NCBI RefSeq assembly: GCF_000315625.1
Contig: NW_005434619.1
Coordinates: forward strand, 120,303-184,302
DNA length: 64,000 bases
From: Guillardia theta CCMP2712
Taxonomy: Eukaryota > Protista > Cryptophyta
Direction: 5' to 3'
A program made the translations under genes and the position numbers. Of the stretch, positions 23,703 to 38,642 are shown piece after piece. The notes under the pieces are model-generated. The model had not been told where the DNA came from and did no database searches. It was given only the letters and a program-made list of their open reading frames with translations. Positions within the stretch are counted from its first letter, which is position 1. Each line of letters starts with the position of its first letter.

Positions 23703-24494
23703 ATGCAAGATCATATTTTTGAAACTTACGAGACACTAATTGCAGCGGCTGTAAAGGAGCAAATGCACGACATATGGGAAGTAGGCAGCATCCTCGTACT
23801 GCTGCTGGTCATTCTCATAGCTGTCTTGTCCATCTACTCCAGCAAGCTCTTCTCCGTAGACAAGAGGAACCACTCCCTCGAAGCCAAGCTCAGAGAGGTA
23901 TTGATCTCGATCAAAGATCAGAAGCAGAAGCAGAAGAAGATGCAGGACTACATCTACTCCCTCGAGGCTCAGCTGCTATGCTCCTGCCAGGTGCCGAGGG
24001 CAACGAGGACGCCGTCGATCGGGTCGACAGGATCGGATGCAGAAAGCATGATGAGCGATATTGACAGTCCTCAGGTCTTGGGAGGGTATCAATGGATGTC
24101 ACAATCCTTCACAGACTCGAAGGGGAAGAGGAGGTCTCCCAAGAAGTGCAGGAGCCCCATCAGACGAGCTACAAGTGTCTGCGGCTCCTCCTGCATGTCC
24201 CTTACCAAGGAGGAGAGGACGACCCTCGCGGGGTACAAGCGCCTCTCCCCCAACAACGTGGACTATTCAGTCTTCCCCCACAACCTCCACTTCGACGACA
24301 ACCTTCACATCCCGGACTTCCTGTGTGGGGAGGAGCTGTTCGACATCGAGGAGAAGTCCAGCACGCAGCACATGCACGGCTGCTCGTCATGCACCAACAT
24401 CAGCGACCTGAAGCGAGCGCCGAGCCAGAGCAGTGGGTCGAGGTTCTACGCCAACGTGGTGAGGGAGAAGAGCGGGTACAGCAGCGGGAAGTGA
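23703..24494 (+). CDS. Intronless single-pass membrane protein with a short coiled coil, paralog A
   Basis: Uninterrupted ORF. TM segment SILVLLLVILIAVLSIYS, coiled coil RNHSLEAKLREVL...YIYSLEAQL, Ser-rich tail. Long near-identical blocks shared with 25917-26711. Confidence 0.75.
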   Translation: MQDHIFETYETLIAAAVKEQMHDIWEVGSILVLLLVILIAVLSIYSSKLFSVDKRNHSLEAKLREVLISIKDQKQKQKKMQDYIYSLEAQLLCSCQVPRATRTPSIGSTGSDAESMMSDIDSPQVLGGYQWMSQSFTDSKGKRRSPKKCRSPIRRATSVCGSSCMSLTKEERTTLAGYKRLSPNNVDYSVFPHNLHFDDNLHIPDFLCGEELFDIEEKSSTQHMHGCSSCTNISDLKRAPSQSSGSRFYANVVREKSGYSSGK

Positions 24495-25916
24495 GAAACG
24501 TGTAGAAGAGACAAGGAAGCTTCTGCTGGAGGCGATGGATGTGTAGTTTTTCGATGATTTTTTTGGGGGGGATTAAATTACAGATTGTTTGTATATGAGT
24601 GAACGTCCAACTCTCTGTTGAACTTGATGATGATCGCAGACTCTAAGAGGAAGCAATTTACCAGTTGAATATTTTGTCAGCCGGGATCTTGAAGCGGCGA
24701 AGTTTGAATTCGTCGTTCTCCTCAGGGTAATCATCCGCATCATGGTGTCACGGACTGTCGGCTGAGTCACGGTGCCAAAGTACCGTACTACGGCAGTACG
24801 ATCCCCGCGACTCGGCGAGGCCGAAGGTCACCGGGTGCCGCCAGATCGACTCCGAGGCTCGGGCCGCAATGTCAAGATGACACCGATCGGATTTCAATCA
24901 TTGGAAGCTAATTCAGTCACTGAGTGAGCCTCAGTGTACCGGGCCCGATGATGCGGCCCGCGAACTTTGGAAGCCTCGGCTGCCAGTGAGCGGATGCCGG
25001 TTACCGCCGTCCGATCAACTTGGCAAGTTCAGCAGTTGGCCGCGCATGCCGGGCCCGGCGACCCGGAGGACTTTCAAGCCGCTCGGAACTTCCGAACTTG
25101 GCAAGTTGGATGCAGCACTGGCAAGTTCCGTAAGGAACTTTGTACGGTCACTGAGAGCCATGGCCGCGCTTACTACTGTTACTAGCCGTACTGATTTTTC
25201 ACTTAACTTTGAGTAAAGGAAAGCCAGTAGGGCCGGCCGCCGCGAAGCCAAATTGACTTGAATTCGGCCATCCCGGCGATCATAAGTGATCATGGCGGCA
25301 TGGCATTCAGCTGACTCAGTGAAGTACTAGTATCAGTGCCCCGGTCGCCTGAAGGAGGCCGGGGCCCACCGTGCTGACCGGCGGGCCGGCCTGGCAGTGC
25401 GCAGTACCGCCTCCCCCCCCCCCACCCCCCTCCCGGATCGCCGGGACTCAGACCAGGACTCCGGACTCGGGACTCGCCGGTGATCGGAGGACCGGTGCCA
25501 ATGCCGGTCACGCCGCGGGCCCGCAGACAGAGTCTGCGGGCAACTGCCAAGAGGTCAGAGGTGACGGTATGAGGGGTGGTTATGAGAAGGGTAAAAGGGG
25601 TCCTGACTAGCTAGCTAGAGGGCGCGGATCTTAACTCCTGCCTGTAAAGTGAGTCACGTGGAGGTGTAACTATGGCGATCAGTTCGCGAAAAAACGAGAT
25701 TTCGTACGAGATACCATCGGAGATCCGGGGAGCTGCCTTACACGTCTATGTGTACCCCTACCCCTCGGACCCCACGATTACAGCTATTGATGCATTCAAC
25801 AGGGCTTACCTGACCCTCTCAAAGATATCTTATTGGCTCATTCGAGGAATCTGCTACCTTTGTTGGGTTATCTCGCACCCCGCCGATAGCAACCCTTCCC
25901 ACTTCCCAACCTTTAT

Positions 25917-26711
25917 ATGGTACGTAGAGTCGTACAGGCCGCGGGCGTACCCGGATCCTTTCAAGCAAGAGCGCGAGCAGCAGCCAAAGAGGCCATGCAG
26001 GATCTTTGCGAGCTCAGCAACCTCCTCCTCCTCCTCCTGGTCGCCCTTATAGCTGTCCTGTCCATCTACTCCAGCAAGCTCTTCTCCGTAGACAAGAGGA
26101 ACCACTCACTCGAAGCCAAGCTCAAGGAAGTTTTGAGCGTGATGAGAGACGCCGAACAGAAGCAAAAGAAGATGCAGGACTACATCTACTCCCTCGAGGC
26201 TCAGTTGCTATGCTCATACCAGGTGCCGAGGGCTACGAGGACGCCGTCGATCGGGTCGACAGGATCGGATGCAGAAAGCAGTGAAAGTCCTCATTCAGGT
26301 GCTGGATACCAATGGGACTCCAAGGGCAAGAGGAGGTCTCCCAAGAAGTGCAGGAGCCCCATCAGACGGGCAACCAGCATCTGCGGCTCCTCCTGCATGT
26401 CCCTTACCAAGGAGGAGAGGACGACCCTCGCGGGGTACAAGCGCCTCTCCCCCAACAACGTGGACTACACCTCCGCTCCCCATAGCTTTCACTTCGACGA
26501 CATCACGTGCGGGGAGGAGCTGTTCGACATCGAGGAGAAGTCCAGCACGCAGCACATGCACGGCTGCTCGTCATGCACCAACATCAGCGACCTGAAGCGA
26601 GCGCCGAGCCAGAGCAGTGGGTCGAGGTTCTACGCCAACGTGGTGAGGGAGAAGAGCGGGTACAGCAGCGGGAGACCTGTGGAGTCACGAGGATGGAATA
26701 AGAGTCTGTGA
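25917..26711 (+). CDS. Intronless single-pass membrane protein with a short coiled coil, paralog B (start uncertain)
   Basis: Same architecture as paralog A. Differences are in-frame indels and divergent termini, consistent with coding constraint. Confidence 0.75.
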   Translation: MVRRVVQAAGVPGSFQARARAAAKEAMQDLCELSNLLLLLLVALIAVLSIYSSKLFSVDKRNHSLEAKLKEVLSVMRDAEQKQKKMQDYIYSLEAQLLCSYQVPRATRTPSIGSTGSDAESSESPHSGAGYQWDSKGKRRSPKKCRSPIRRATSICGSSCMSLTKEERTTLAGYKRLSPNNVDYTSAPHSFHFDDITCGEELFDIEEKSSTQHMHGCSSCTNISDLKRAPSQSSGSRFYANVVREKSGYSSGRPVESRGWNKSL

Positions 26712-26963
26712 GGCCTTGGGAGAGATTGGCAGGAGAAGGAGTAGACGAATGAGAAGGAGAATAAGGAGAAGAAGAAGGAGGAGAAGGAGGAGAAGGAGGA
26801 GGTGAAGGAGGGGAGGAGGAGGAGGAGGAGAAGGCGGAGGAGGAGAAGGAGCAGGAGAAGGAGAAGGAGAAGGAGAAGGAGAAGGAGAAGGAGAAGGAGA
26901 AGGAGAAGGAGAAGAGAGGTTGTTTGTAAAATTTGCATGTTTGATTGATTAGAATACACACGT

Positions 26964-28520
26964 CTAGACGAGATGGCCCGGAGCAAAGTTGCCGACTTGA
27001 GTCACGTCAATCTTCTTGGAGATGATTGCAGACTGTAGACAAGGAAAGAGTAGAAGGAGAAAGACAAGATGTATAGGATGAGGATGAGGTGAAGGTTGAG
27101 ATGGCAGAGGAGGAGGGAGAAGGAGGAAGAGACAGCGAAGAGAAGCGGAAGGAGGAGTAGGAGGAAATGAGAGAAGGCGGAGACAGGAAAAAGTCAGCAG
27201 AGGGAAACATTGAAAGCGTGATGGGAGCAAGTGGAGATACAAGGCATTCACATCGCACCTGGTAGTCTCGATCTTTCTTGGAGTAGCTGGGAAAGAATCA
27301 TGATCAGGACGGAACGCAGAGGAACTGGAAGGGGAAGGAGGAAGGGGAAGGAGGAAGGGGAAGGGGGTCCGAAGGAGTCTCATGGAAGAGCAAGGAGAGC
27401 GCAAGGAGTTACCGGTCCCATATCGGTGAGCCTCGAGCTTTCTGCGACGAGCTTGGAACTTGCTGTTGATGAGTGTGAATGGAGAAAGATGTGGTAGTGG
27501 TGGTGAAGGAGGTGGGAGGAAGAGGTGGTGGTGGTGGAGGAGGAGGAGGTAGGAAGAGGTGGTAGTGGTGTTGGTGGGAGGAAGATCGTTATCTCGAAAA
27601 GATTAAATGACGGCAGAAGAGAGGAGATAGAGGAGGAGGAAAGAAAAAATCCACTCACGCTGATCATCGATCCTGGACTTGGAGATCTCGCGACGTGAAA
27701 AGTTGGAGAGCTGCTGCGAGAGCAGTGAGGAGGAAGAAAGGGAGGGGAGCTGAGAAATACTTGTATCTTTCGTTCGGACTCCAATCCTTGTTGTCAGCCT
27801 GCAGTCAAGCCTGAGGGGCAGGGAGGGAAAGGAGAGGAATGAAGTTGAGAGGGAGGAGAGGCGAAGGTGTTGGATGGCAGTGGAGCTGAGCAGGGAGTAT
27901 GGGAGAGGGGGAAAGAGAGGAGGGAGGGAGGTCGTGAACGGCATTCTGACTACCTGCATGGCGGGGCAGGGAAAAGACTCATATCGACGGAGTTGGAATA
28001 TTGAACATTTCCTTGCAGAAGAAGTTACCAACGCCTGCGTTTCCTCCTTCTCCTCGCCCCCCCCCCCCACCACCCTTTTCCCTTTCCCTGCTTCATTGCC
28101 TCCCCTCCCTCCTCACTCGCTCCCATCGCTCACCCTCCATCGGTCTTGGTCGCAAGAAGTCAAAGTAGTCCTGAGTGACCGCTTGGCGGAGGCTCCTGGT
28201 GGCTCGAGTCATGGGCGAGAGTGAGAGGGGGAGGGGAGGAGGAGAAGCGTGACGAGTGAAGGAGAGCAGCAGAGAGGAGGTGGCAGGGGAGGAGGATGGA
28301 GGAGCAGGAGACAGTGAGGAGGGATGCAATGGAAGATAGAAGGCGGAGGAAGAGAAAGTAGAAGCAGGGGTGAGATGATGGTGGAGGCAGAGGAGGAGCA
28401 GGGAAACCCGCAGGGGCGGGAAATTCTCACCATGCTGGATTTAGAGCTGGGGTCTGCGCTGGAAGAGAAGGCTGGTTGAAGGAGTGAGCAGGCTGCTCAG
28501 ATCGGGGCAGGTAGAAGTCA
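26964..28520 (-). CDS. Multi-exon hypothetical protein (possibly the 3' part of the upstream PDZ/TM gene)
   Basis: Short exons (LRQAVTQDYFDFLRPRP; LDCRLTTRIGVRTKDT; SAIISKKIDVTQVGNFAPGHLV*) separated by repeat-rich GT-AG introns. Confidence 0.4.
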
Positions 28521-28992
28521 ACAGCATGCTGCTCCTGTGGAGATGATTTCCTGTTGAGCGCGTTCACAAACAGAAGGAGGAGAAAGAGGAGGAGGAGGAG
28601 GAGGTAAACGACCAGCCAGAACAGCAGGAGAGGAGGAGGAGGAGGAGGAGGAGGAGGAGGAGGAGGAGGAGGAGGAGGAGGAGGAGGAGGAGGAGGAGGA
28701 GGAGGAGGAGGAGGAGGAGGAGGAGGAGGACGACGAGAGAGAGTAGGTGGACGACGGCCGGCGGANNNNNNNNNNNNNNNNNNNNNNNNNNNNNNNNNNN
28801 NNNNNNNNNNNNNNNNNNNNNNNNNNNNNNNNNNNNNNNNNNNNNNNNNNNNNNNNNNNNNNNNNGGCGGAAGGGAGGAAGGAGGGGGTAGGGCACTTGG
28901 CTAACAAGAGGGTGCAATGTCTGCAAAGAAGGTAAGGATGTAATTAGATACCAGTTCGAAACCGCGGTTGCTCCTTGGAATGCATCGGGAGC

Positions 28993-28994
<2 letters not shown>

Positions 28995-29062
<68 letters not shown>
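28995..29062. repeat. (CAGGAG)n microsatellite
   Basis: Directly visible. The same hexamer array occurs at 38477-38641 (queG intron) and, reversed, at about 40275-40317. Confidence 0.95.
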
Positions 29063-29063
<1 letters not shown>

Positions 29064-29204
29064 AATTTGATGTCTGGACGTGACATGATCAGAAATGTTT
29101 CAGTACATTCGCATCTCGCATGTGAAAGACCTCATGCTCCTGCGTACCATCACTTGACCTTTTCCGCCGCCTACCCGCCTTTCCCTCCTTGTCCCTCTAT
29201 CCAT

Positions 29205-32200
29205 TCAATCACCTTGATCGAAGCTTTTCCGACTATGTCCTCGTCTATTCTTCTCCCTCCTCTCTCTTCTCTCCTCCCCTCTCTCTCTTTCTCCCTCCTG
29301 TCCTCCTCCTCCTCCTCCTCCTCCTTCCACCTGTGCAGTCTCCGCAGGTCTCTCGTTGATGATCGAGAACTTGCTCTCTGCCCAGCAGGGGTCAGCACAG
29401 GAGCAACCCCGGGACCTCAAACTCTTCTCACTCGGGGGGTAGTCGTAGCGGATCTCCTCCTCCCTCCTCCCCTGCGCTACCGCTCCTGGGCTTCTGCTAG
29501 ACAGCAGGACGGAAGGGCTTCTCCTGCCGACGTACACCAGGAGGTAGACGAAGATCAGGATCCAGCTGAGGGCGAGGCAGGCGAGGCAGATGATGGACAA
29601 GATCAGCTTCGCGTCTCCCTGGCACTCTGCCACGTCCCTCCAGACGCCCTGGCAGCCGATCAGCCAGGCCCCTGCGCCCGTGCCGATGAGGAAGAGGAAG
29701 AAGGAGATGGTGAGCATGAAGTAGAAGATGCGTGGCACGCGCTGCTGCTCCTCCGCCGTCAGCTCCAGTGCCCTGGCCTGAATCCGCTGAGGAGAGGAGG
29801 CGATCAGAGACGAGAGGGAGGAGAGGGAGAGGGTATGAGTTAGTGAGGAGGCAACGGCAGAGAGGATCAAGCGGTAGACCGAGAGCTCCTAGGCCAGGAG
29901 AGTGGAGGAGGAGAGCGGAGAAGAAGAAGAGAAACAGAAAGGAGAGGATGGCGAAGAGAAAGAGCGAACAAGAACGTATGAAGAAGTGCAGAAGCAGGCA
30001 GAGCAGGAGGTTAGCAGGAGGAGGAGGAGGAGGAGGAGGAGGAGGAGGAGGAGGACAACAACGACGAAGAACCTGGTTAGCCGGTGGATCGCGGAAGATG
30101 AAACGTAGGATGTCGAGACTAGAGATGGTTTGCGGGAGGTTGCGGGAAACGTCCATGATCCTTACCTAGATGAACATTTCAGCCTTGCTTCCTCCTGCTC
30201 CGCGCTCCGTGCTCCCTCTCTTGTCCCTACCCCCGCTCCCGCTCCCGCTCCCGCTCCCGCTCTTTCCTTCCTCCTCCTTTTCCCCATCCGCCCAATGTTC
30301 TAATTCCCTTACATAATCGTCATTGGAGAGCAGGAGCTCCTCGATCGCCTCATACACGCGAGAGTTTGTGCTCAGCCTCGGAGGAGGAGACTTCCTTTCT
30401 GCAGAGAGACACGATGAGCATCAGGAGAGAGGCCCGACGGGAAGGAGGAAAAATCAGGAATGCGATGAAGGACGAGGGTTGAGCGAGAAAGGACAAAGAA
30501 ACACAGTGAAATCAGGTGGTGATGGTGATGGTTGCAGAGGATAGGAGGCGGTGACAGCTGAGGAGGATCAGGAAGGTGAGGAGGGAAACAAGGAGTATGC
30601 AAAGGAGGAGGAGGAGGAGGGAGGAAAGGAGGAAGAAAGGAGGGAAGTAGGACGGGAAGTGGAGGAGGAAGTAAGGGAAAAGGGAGGAGGAGGAGGAGGA
30701 GGAGGAGGAGGAGGAGGAGGAGGAGGAGGAGGAGGAGGAGGAGGAGGAGGAGGAGGAGGAGGAGGAGGAGGAGGAGGAGGAGGAGGAGGAGGAGGAGGAG
30801 GAGGAGGAGGAGGAGGAGGANNNNNNNNNNNNNNNNNNNNNNNNNNNNNNNNNNNNNNNNNNNNNNNNNNNNNNNNNNNNNNNNNNNNNNNNNNNNNNNN
30901 NNNNNNNNNNNNNNNNNNNNGGAGGGCACATTCAAGGAAACTAGCATCAGTTCAACCAGGAGGTGGAAGGGAGGAGGTGGAAGTCTTGAGGTATCTCACC
31001 AGCAAACAGATTCACCTCAACCACCTGCCTGAGGGGTCTGGACAGAAGCTCCTCCCTCTTGCTGGCCGATTGGCCAAGGAGATAGAAGAGCAGCTCTTTC
31101 CTGCTCACTCCAATCTCCCTCCTCCCCGCCTCCTCGTCCTCCTTCTTTCCTGCTTCGTTGAGGACGAGCACGACCTCCTCGTGCGTGTTGAGAAGGACGA
31201 GCGCGTCTTTGACAGTGGCGGAGGACGGGAGTAAAGGAGACAGCAAGTTGCCCTCCTTGCCGTTCGCCTCCTCCTCCTTCAACTTCAGCCGCTCCCCGAG
31301 GAGCGCCGAGATGGTCTTGGAGGAGTCGATGAAGACCTGAGGAGAGGGTGAAAGGGGGGGAAAGGAAATCAAGATTAGTATGGAGCAGGAGGAGAAGGGA
31401 AGGAGAAAAGATGAAGGATAAAGGAGGAAGGAGGAAGGAGGAAGGATGAAGAATGAAGGAGGAAGGAGGGGGAGCTTGTGCAGGTGGAAACGAGGCTGGA
31501 GGAGGTAGAGGTTGTACATGGTCTGGTGTGATCCATTTTAAATTTTCAACCTGCGCGGACAAGAAGAATCAACAACATTCAATGAGAAAATAAACATTCT
31601 CCTCGTCTTCCTACCCGTCTTTTGACTTGTTGCTTGAACAGAGTACTGGTATTCTCTCTCTCCGGAAGACTGGTCTTGTTTGCTGCCCAAATCAGAAGAT
31701 CAAAAGGGAAACTATGAAGTGAGCGTGTATGAACCCAGGCAAAGGGAGCGAGAACAAAGACAAGAAGGACAAGAAGGACAAGAAGGACAAGAAGGAAGAA
31801 AAGGAAGAAGTGAAGGAGGAGAGGAATGGACGAGAAGAAGAAGGAAGAGGAGGAGGAGGAGGAGGAGGAGGAGGAGGAGGATAAGGAGGAGGACAAGGAG
31901 GATGGGGGGAAAGGGGAAATGATTCGTTATCACCATCGTGTCTGTCCCTTGATGCCGAGGAGTACTTGACATCCTGGGAGGCGAACAAGGACGCTGGCTG
32001 CATTTTGAGACTCTGCGAAGGTTGAGGTTGCTGCGAGGAAGAGGAGACCAGGATGTGTTGCTGCGGAGGCAAGTACTGATCTTGCTGGGTGTAAGGCTGG
32101 GGAAAAGCAGGAGGAGGGGGTGGCGGGAAGGAGGGGGGAGATACAGCCAGTTGCTGAGCTCTTTGCGGCAAGCTAGTCCCAGCGTGCTTGTCGCTCCCTC

Positions 32201-33800
32201 TTGGGATCCCCCGAGCCCCTTCGTCCCTGTGCTCGGGCCAGTGCTGAGGACTAGAATCTAGCTGGAACGCTAGCAAGGCAAGTCAGGGGAGGAGGGGGAA
32301 GAAAAGGAAGAGAAAAGAAAAAGGAAGGAGAGAAGGGGAGGGAGCGGGGGGGAAAGAGACCGGAGTATGGGGAGCCGATGGGATCGGGCTCCGGGGGTGG
32401 GGCTAGTCTGTCGATTGGCTGGGAGAAATAGAATCGATCAGGTTGTGTCAGAACAATGGCTCGCGAAAGCTCAGGATAGTCAACATAGACCCGGTTTTGG
32501 CTGATTGAGCAGGGGCAGGGGCAGGGGCAGGGGCAGGGGCAGGGGCAGGGGCAGGGGCAGGGGCAGGGGCAGGAGCTTCGATAAGTCTGCACGGCATTCC
32601 TCTTGTCCTCTCCATCGTTCACAACCTGGCGCACCCTTCTGTATCATCCTCTCGAGCTCAACGACGATAGTCTTGCTCCTTCCTCCTGTCGTGCTGGGAG
32701 GCCGTTGCAAGATGAGCTTGACCTTGGTCCCGGGCTCTCCAAGGAACATGATACAGACCTGATCGAACATGCGACATGAATTCCATCCTCCTCCTCATCG
32801 TCATCATCAACATCTTCTCCTCGTCCTCCTTCTCCATCATCATCATCGTCGTCGTCGTCGTCGTCGTCATCATCATCATCATCATCATCGTCATCATCAT
32901 CATCATCATNNNNNNNNNNNNNNNNNNNNNNNNNNNNNNNNNNNNNNNNNNNNNNNNNNNNNNNNNNNNNNNNNNNNNNNNNNNNNNNNNNNNNNNNNNN
33001 NNNNNNNNNNNNNNNNNNNNNNNNNNNNNNNNNNNNNNNNNNNNNNNNNNNNNNNNNNNNNNNNNNNNNNNNNNNNNNNNNNNNNNNNNNNNNNNNNNNN
33101 NNNNNNNNNNNNNNNNNNNNNNNNNNNNNNNNNNNNNNNNNNNNNNNNNNNNNNNNNNNNNNNNNNNNNNNNNNNNNNNNNNNNNNNNNNNNNNNNNNNN
33201 NNNNNNNNNNNNNNNNNNNNNNNNNNNNNNNNNNNNNNNNNNNNNNNNNNNNNNNNNNNNNNNNNNNNNNNNNNNNNNNNNNNNNNNNNNNNNNNNNNNN
33301 NNNNNNNNNNNNNNNNNNNNNNNNNNNNNNNNNNNNNNNNNNNNNNNNNNNNNNNNNNNNNNNNNNNNNNNNNNNNNNNNNNNNNNNNNNNNNNNNNNNN
33401 NNNNNNNNNNNNNNNNNNNNNNNNNNNNNNNNNNNNNNNNNNNNNNNNNNNNNNNNNNNNNNNNNNNNTTGCTCCTCCTCCTCAGTGATGGCGAGGATAG
33501 GAGAGACTGTCTTGCTCCTCCTCCTCCTCCTCCTCCTCCTCGTTATCCACCTCCACCTCCACCTCCACCTCCACCTCCACCTCCACCTCCACCTCCTCCT
33601 CCTCCACCACCACCACCACCACCACCACCACCTCCTCCTCCTCCTCCTCCTCCTCCTCCTCCATCAACGCCTCCACGCCTCACATGCTCATCATTACAGT
33701 CATCTTGCTTGTCTTTGTAAGTGAAAGCCGGGGATTACCGCCACATCTGATGATTGCTTGTCCTCCTTCTGGTCGACCTTGACGTCATCGTTTCCCTTTT
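29205..33800 (-). CDS. Multi-exon PDZ-domain membrane protein with two TM helices (5' part disrupted by gaps)
   Basis: FLGEPGTKVKLILQR...VVELER (PDZ C-terminal strand motif) at about 32650-32760. TM hairpin IFYFMLTISFFLFLIGTGAGAWLIG...LILSIICLACLALSWILIFVYLLVYV at about 29530-29735. Confidence 0.5.
30683..30820. repeat. (GGA)n microsatellite abutting an assembly gap
   Basis: Directly visible; one of dozens of GGA/TCC tracts in the window. Confidence 0.95.
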
Positions 33801-34141
33801 TGCCCTTCTCATCAATCCGCGATGCTACACAAATCCTTCATCATAGACGTCTTCGTAATCGTTTCCTCCTCTTCCTGCCTACCCTGCCTTGTTCAGCGCT
33901 CCTTTCAGCCAGATAGCGAGAATCTTGTAGTGAGTTCAGATCAGATGCAGCAAGAAGGACGGGGAGTTAGAGCAGAGAGGAGAGGAGAGGGGAGAGGAGA
34001 GGGAGAGGAGAGGGGAAAGGAGGGGAGGGGAGGGGAGAGGAGGGGAGAGCAGAAGAGGAGAGGAGAGGGGAGAGGAGAAGAGGAGAGGAGCTAAGGCCGA
34101 GCTTCTCCTCACTCGTTCCCTAAGCTGACTTGACCTTCAGC

Positions 34142-37638
<3,497 letters not shown>

Positions 37639-37806
37639 AGGAGGTCAAACAAGCTGCTGGTCGTTGTAAATGTGAAGAGAAAAGAATTGTAGGGGTAAGG
37701 GGAGAGAGGATGAGGATGAGAATGAAAGTGAAGAGGAACAAACAAGTAGCAGCATGAGAACGCAAATGCGAAACCAGAGCTGCGAGCACGAATGTATCAC
37801 AAACTC

Positions 37807-38473
37807 CTACTCTGTTCTCCTCTGCTCTTCTCCCTTCGTCTCTCCTCCCTGCGTCCCTTCCTTCTTCGTCGCCTCCTCCTCCCCGCTCGCCGCCATCAAT
37901 CTGCTTTTCGCCCACTCGAGGTGCTCAGCGACCATCTCGTCCTTGCCCGCCCATGCTCTCAACGCCTCCTCCACAACAGGCACCAGCAGCTTGTTCCTCG
38001 AGTTCCCAGCCGCCACTGCGACGTTCCTGATGAACCGCGCGAGGCCGATGCGCTTGATGGGAGAAGAGGAGAAGGTCTGGAGGAATGAGTCTTCCGACAT
38101 GAGCAGGAGGTCCTGCGGAGGAGAGAAGCGATCATGGGGGGGGCGAGAGCAGCACAACAGGACATATTTGTCGTGCTCAGACACAAGTCAAAGTCAAACA
38201 CACGGAACGTCAACTACTCTTGTCATGAGAGACTCCAACAAACACAGTCATTCAGCATGATTCAGAGATCATTTCAACACGCTCCGATGACCCTCGTTTC
38301 ATCTTCACCTGTAACTTGGGCGCACTGACGGACAGATCGACCTGCCCGAAGAGAGGAGAGCCTGCGATATCTCCCCATTCGAACTTGTTCCATGGGCAGA
38401 CCTGCCATGCTGTCGTCACAGGAAAAGCATAGCAGGAGAGGAAGAGAAGGAGAAGGGCGAGCAAGAGTAGGAA

Positions 38474-38556
<83 letters not shown>

Positions 38557-38592
38557 AGAGCAGGAGCAGGAGCAGGAGCAGGAGCGAGGAGT

Positions 38593-38642
<50 letters not shown>

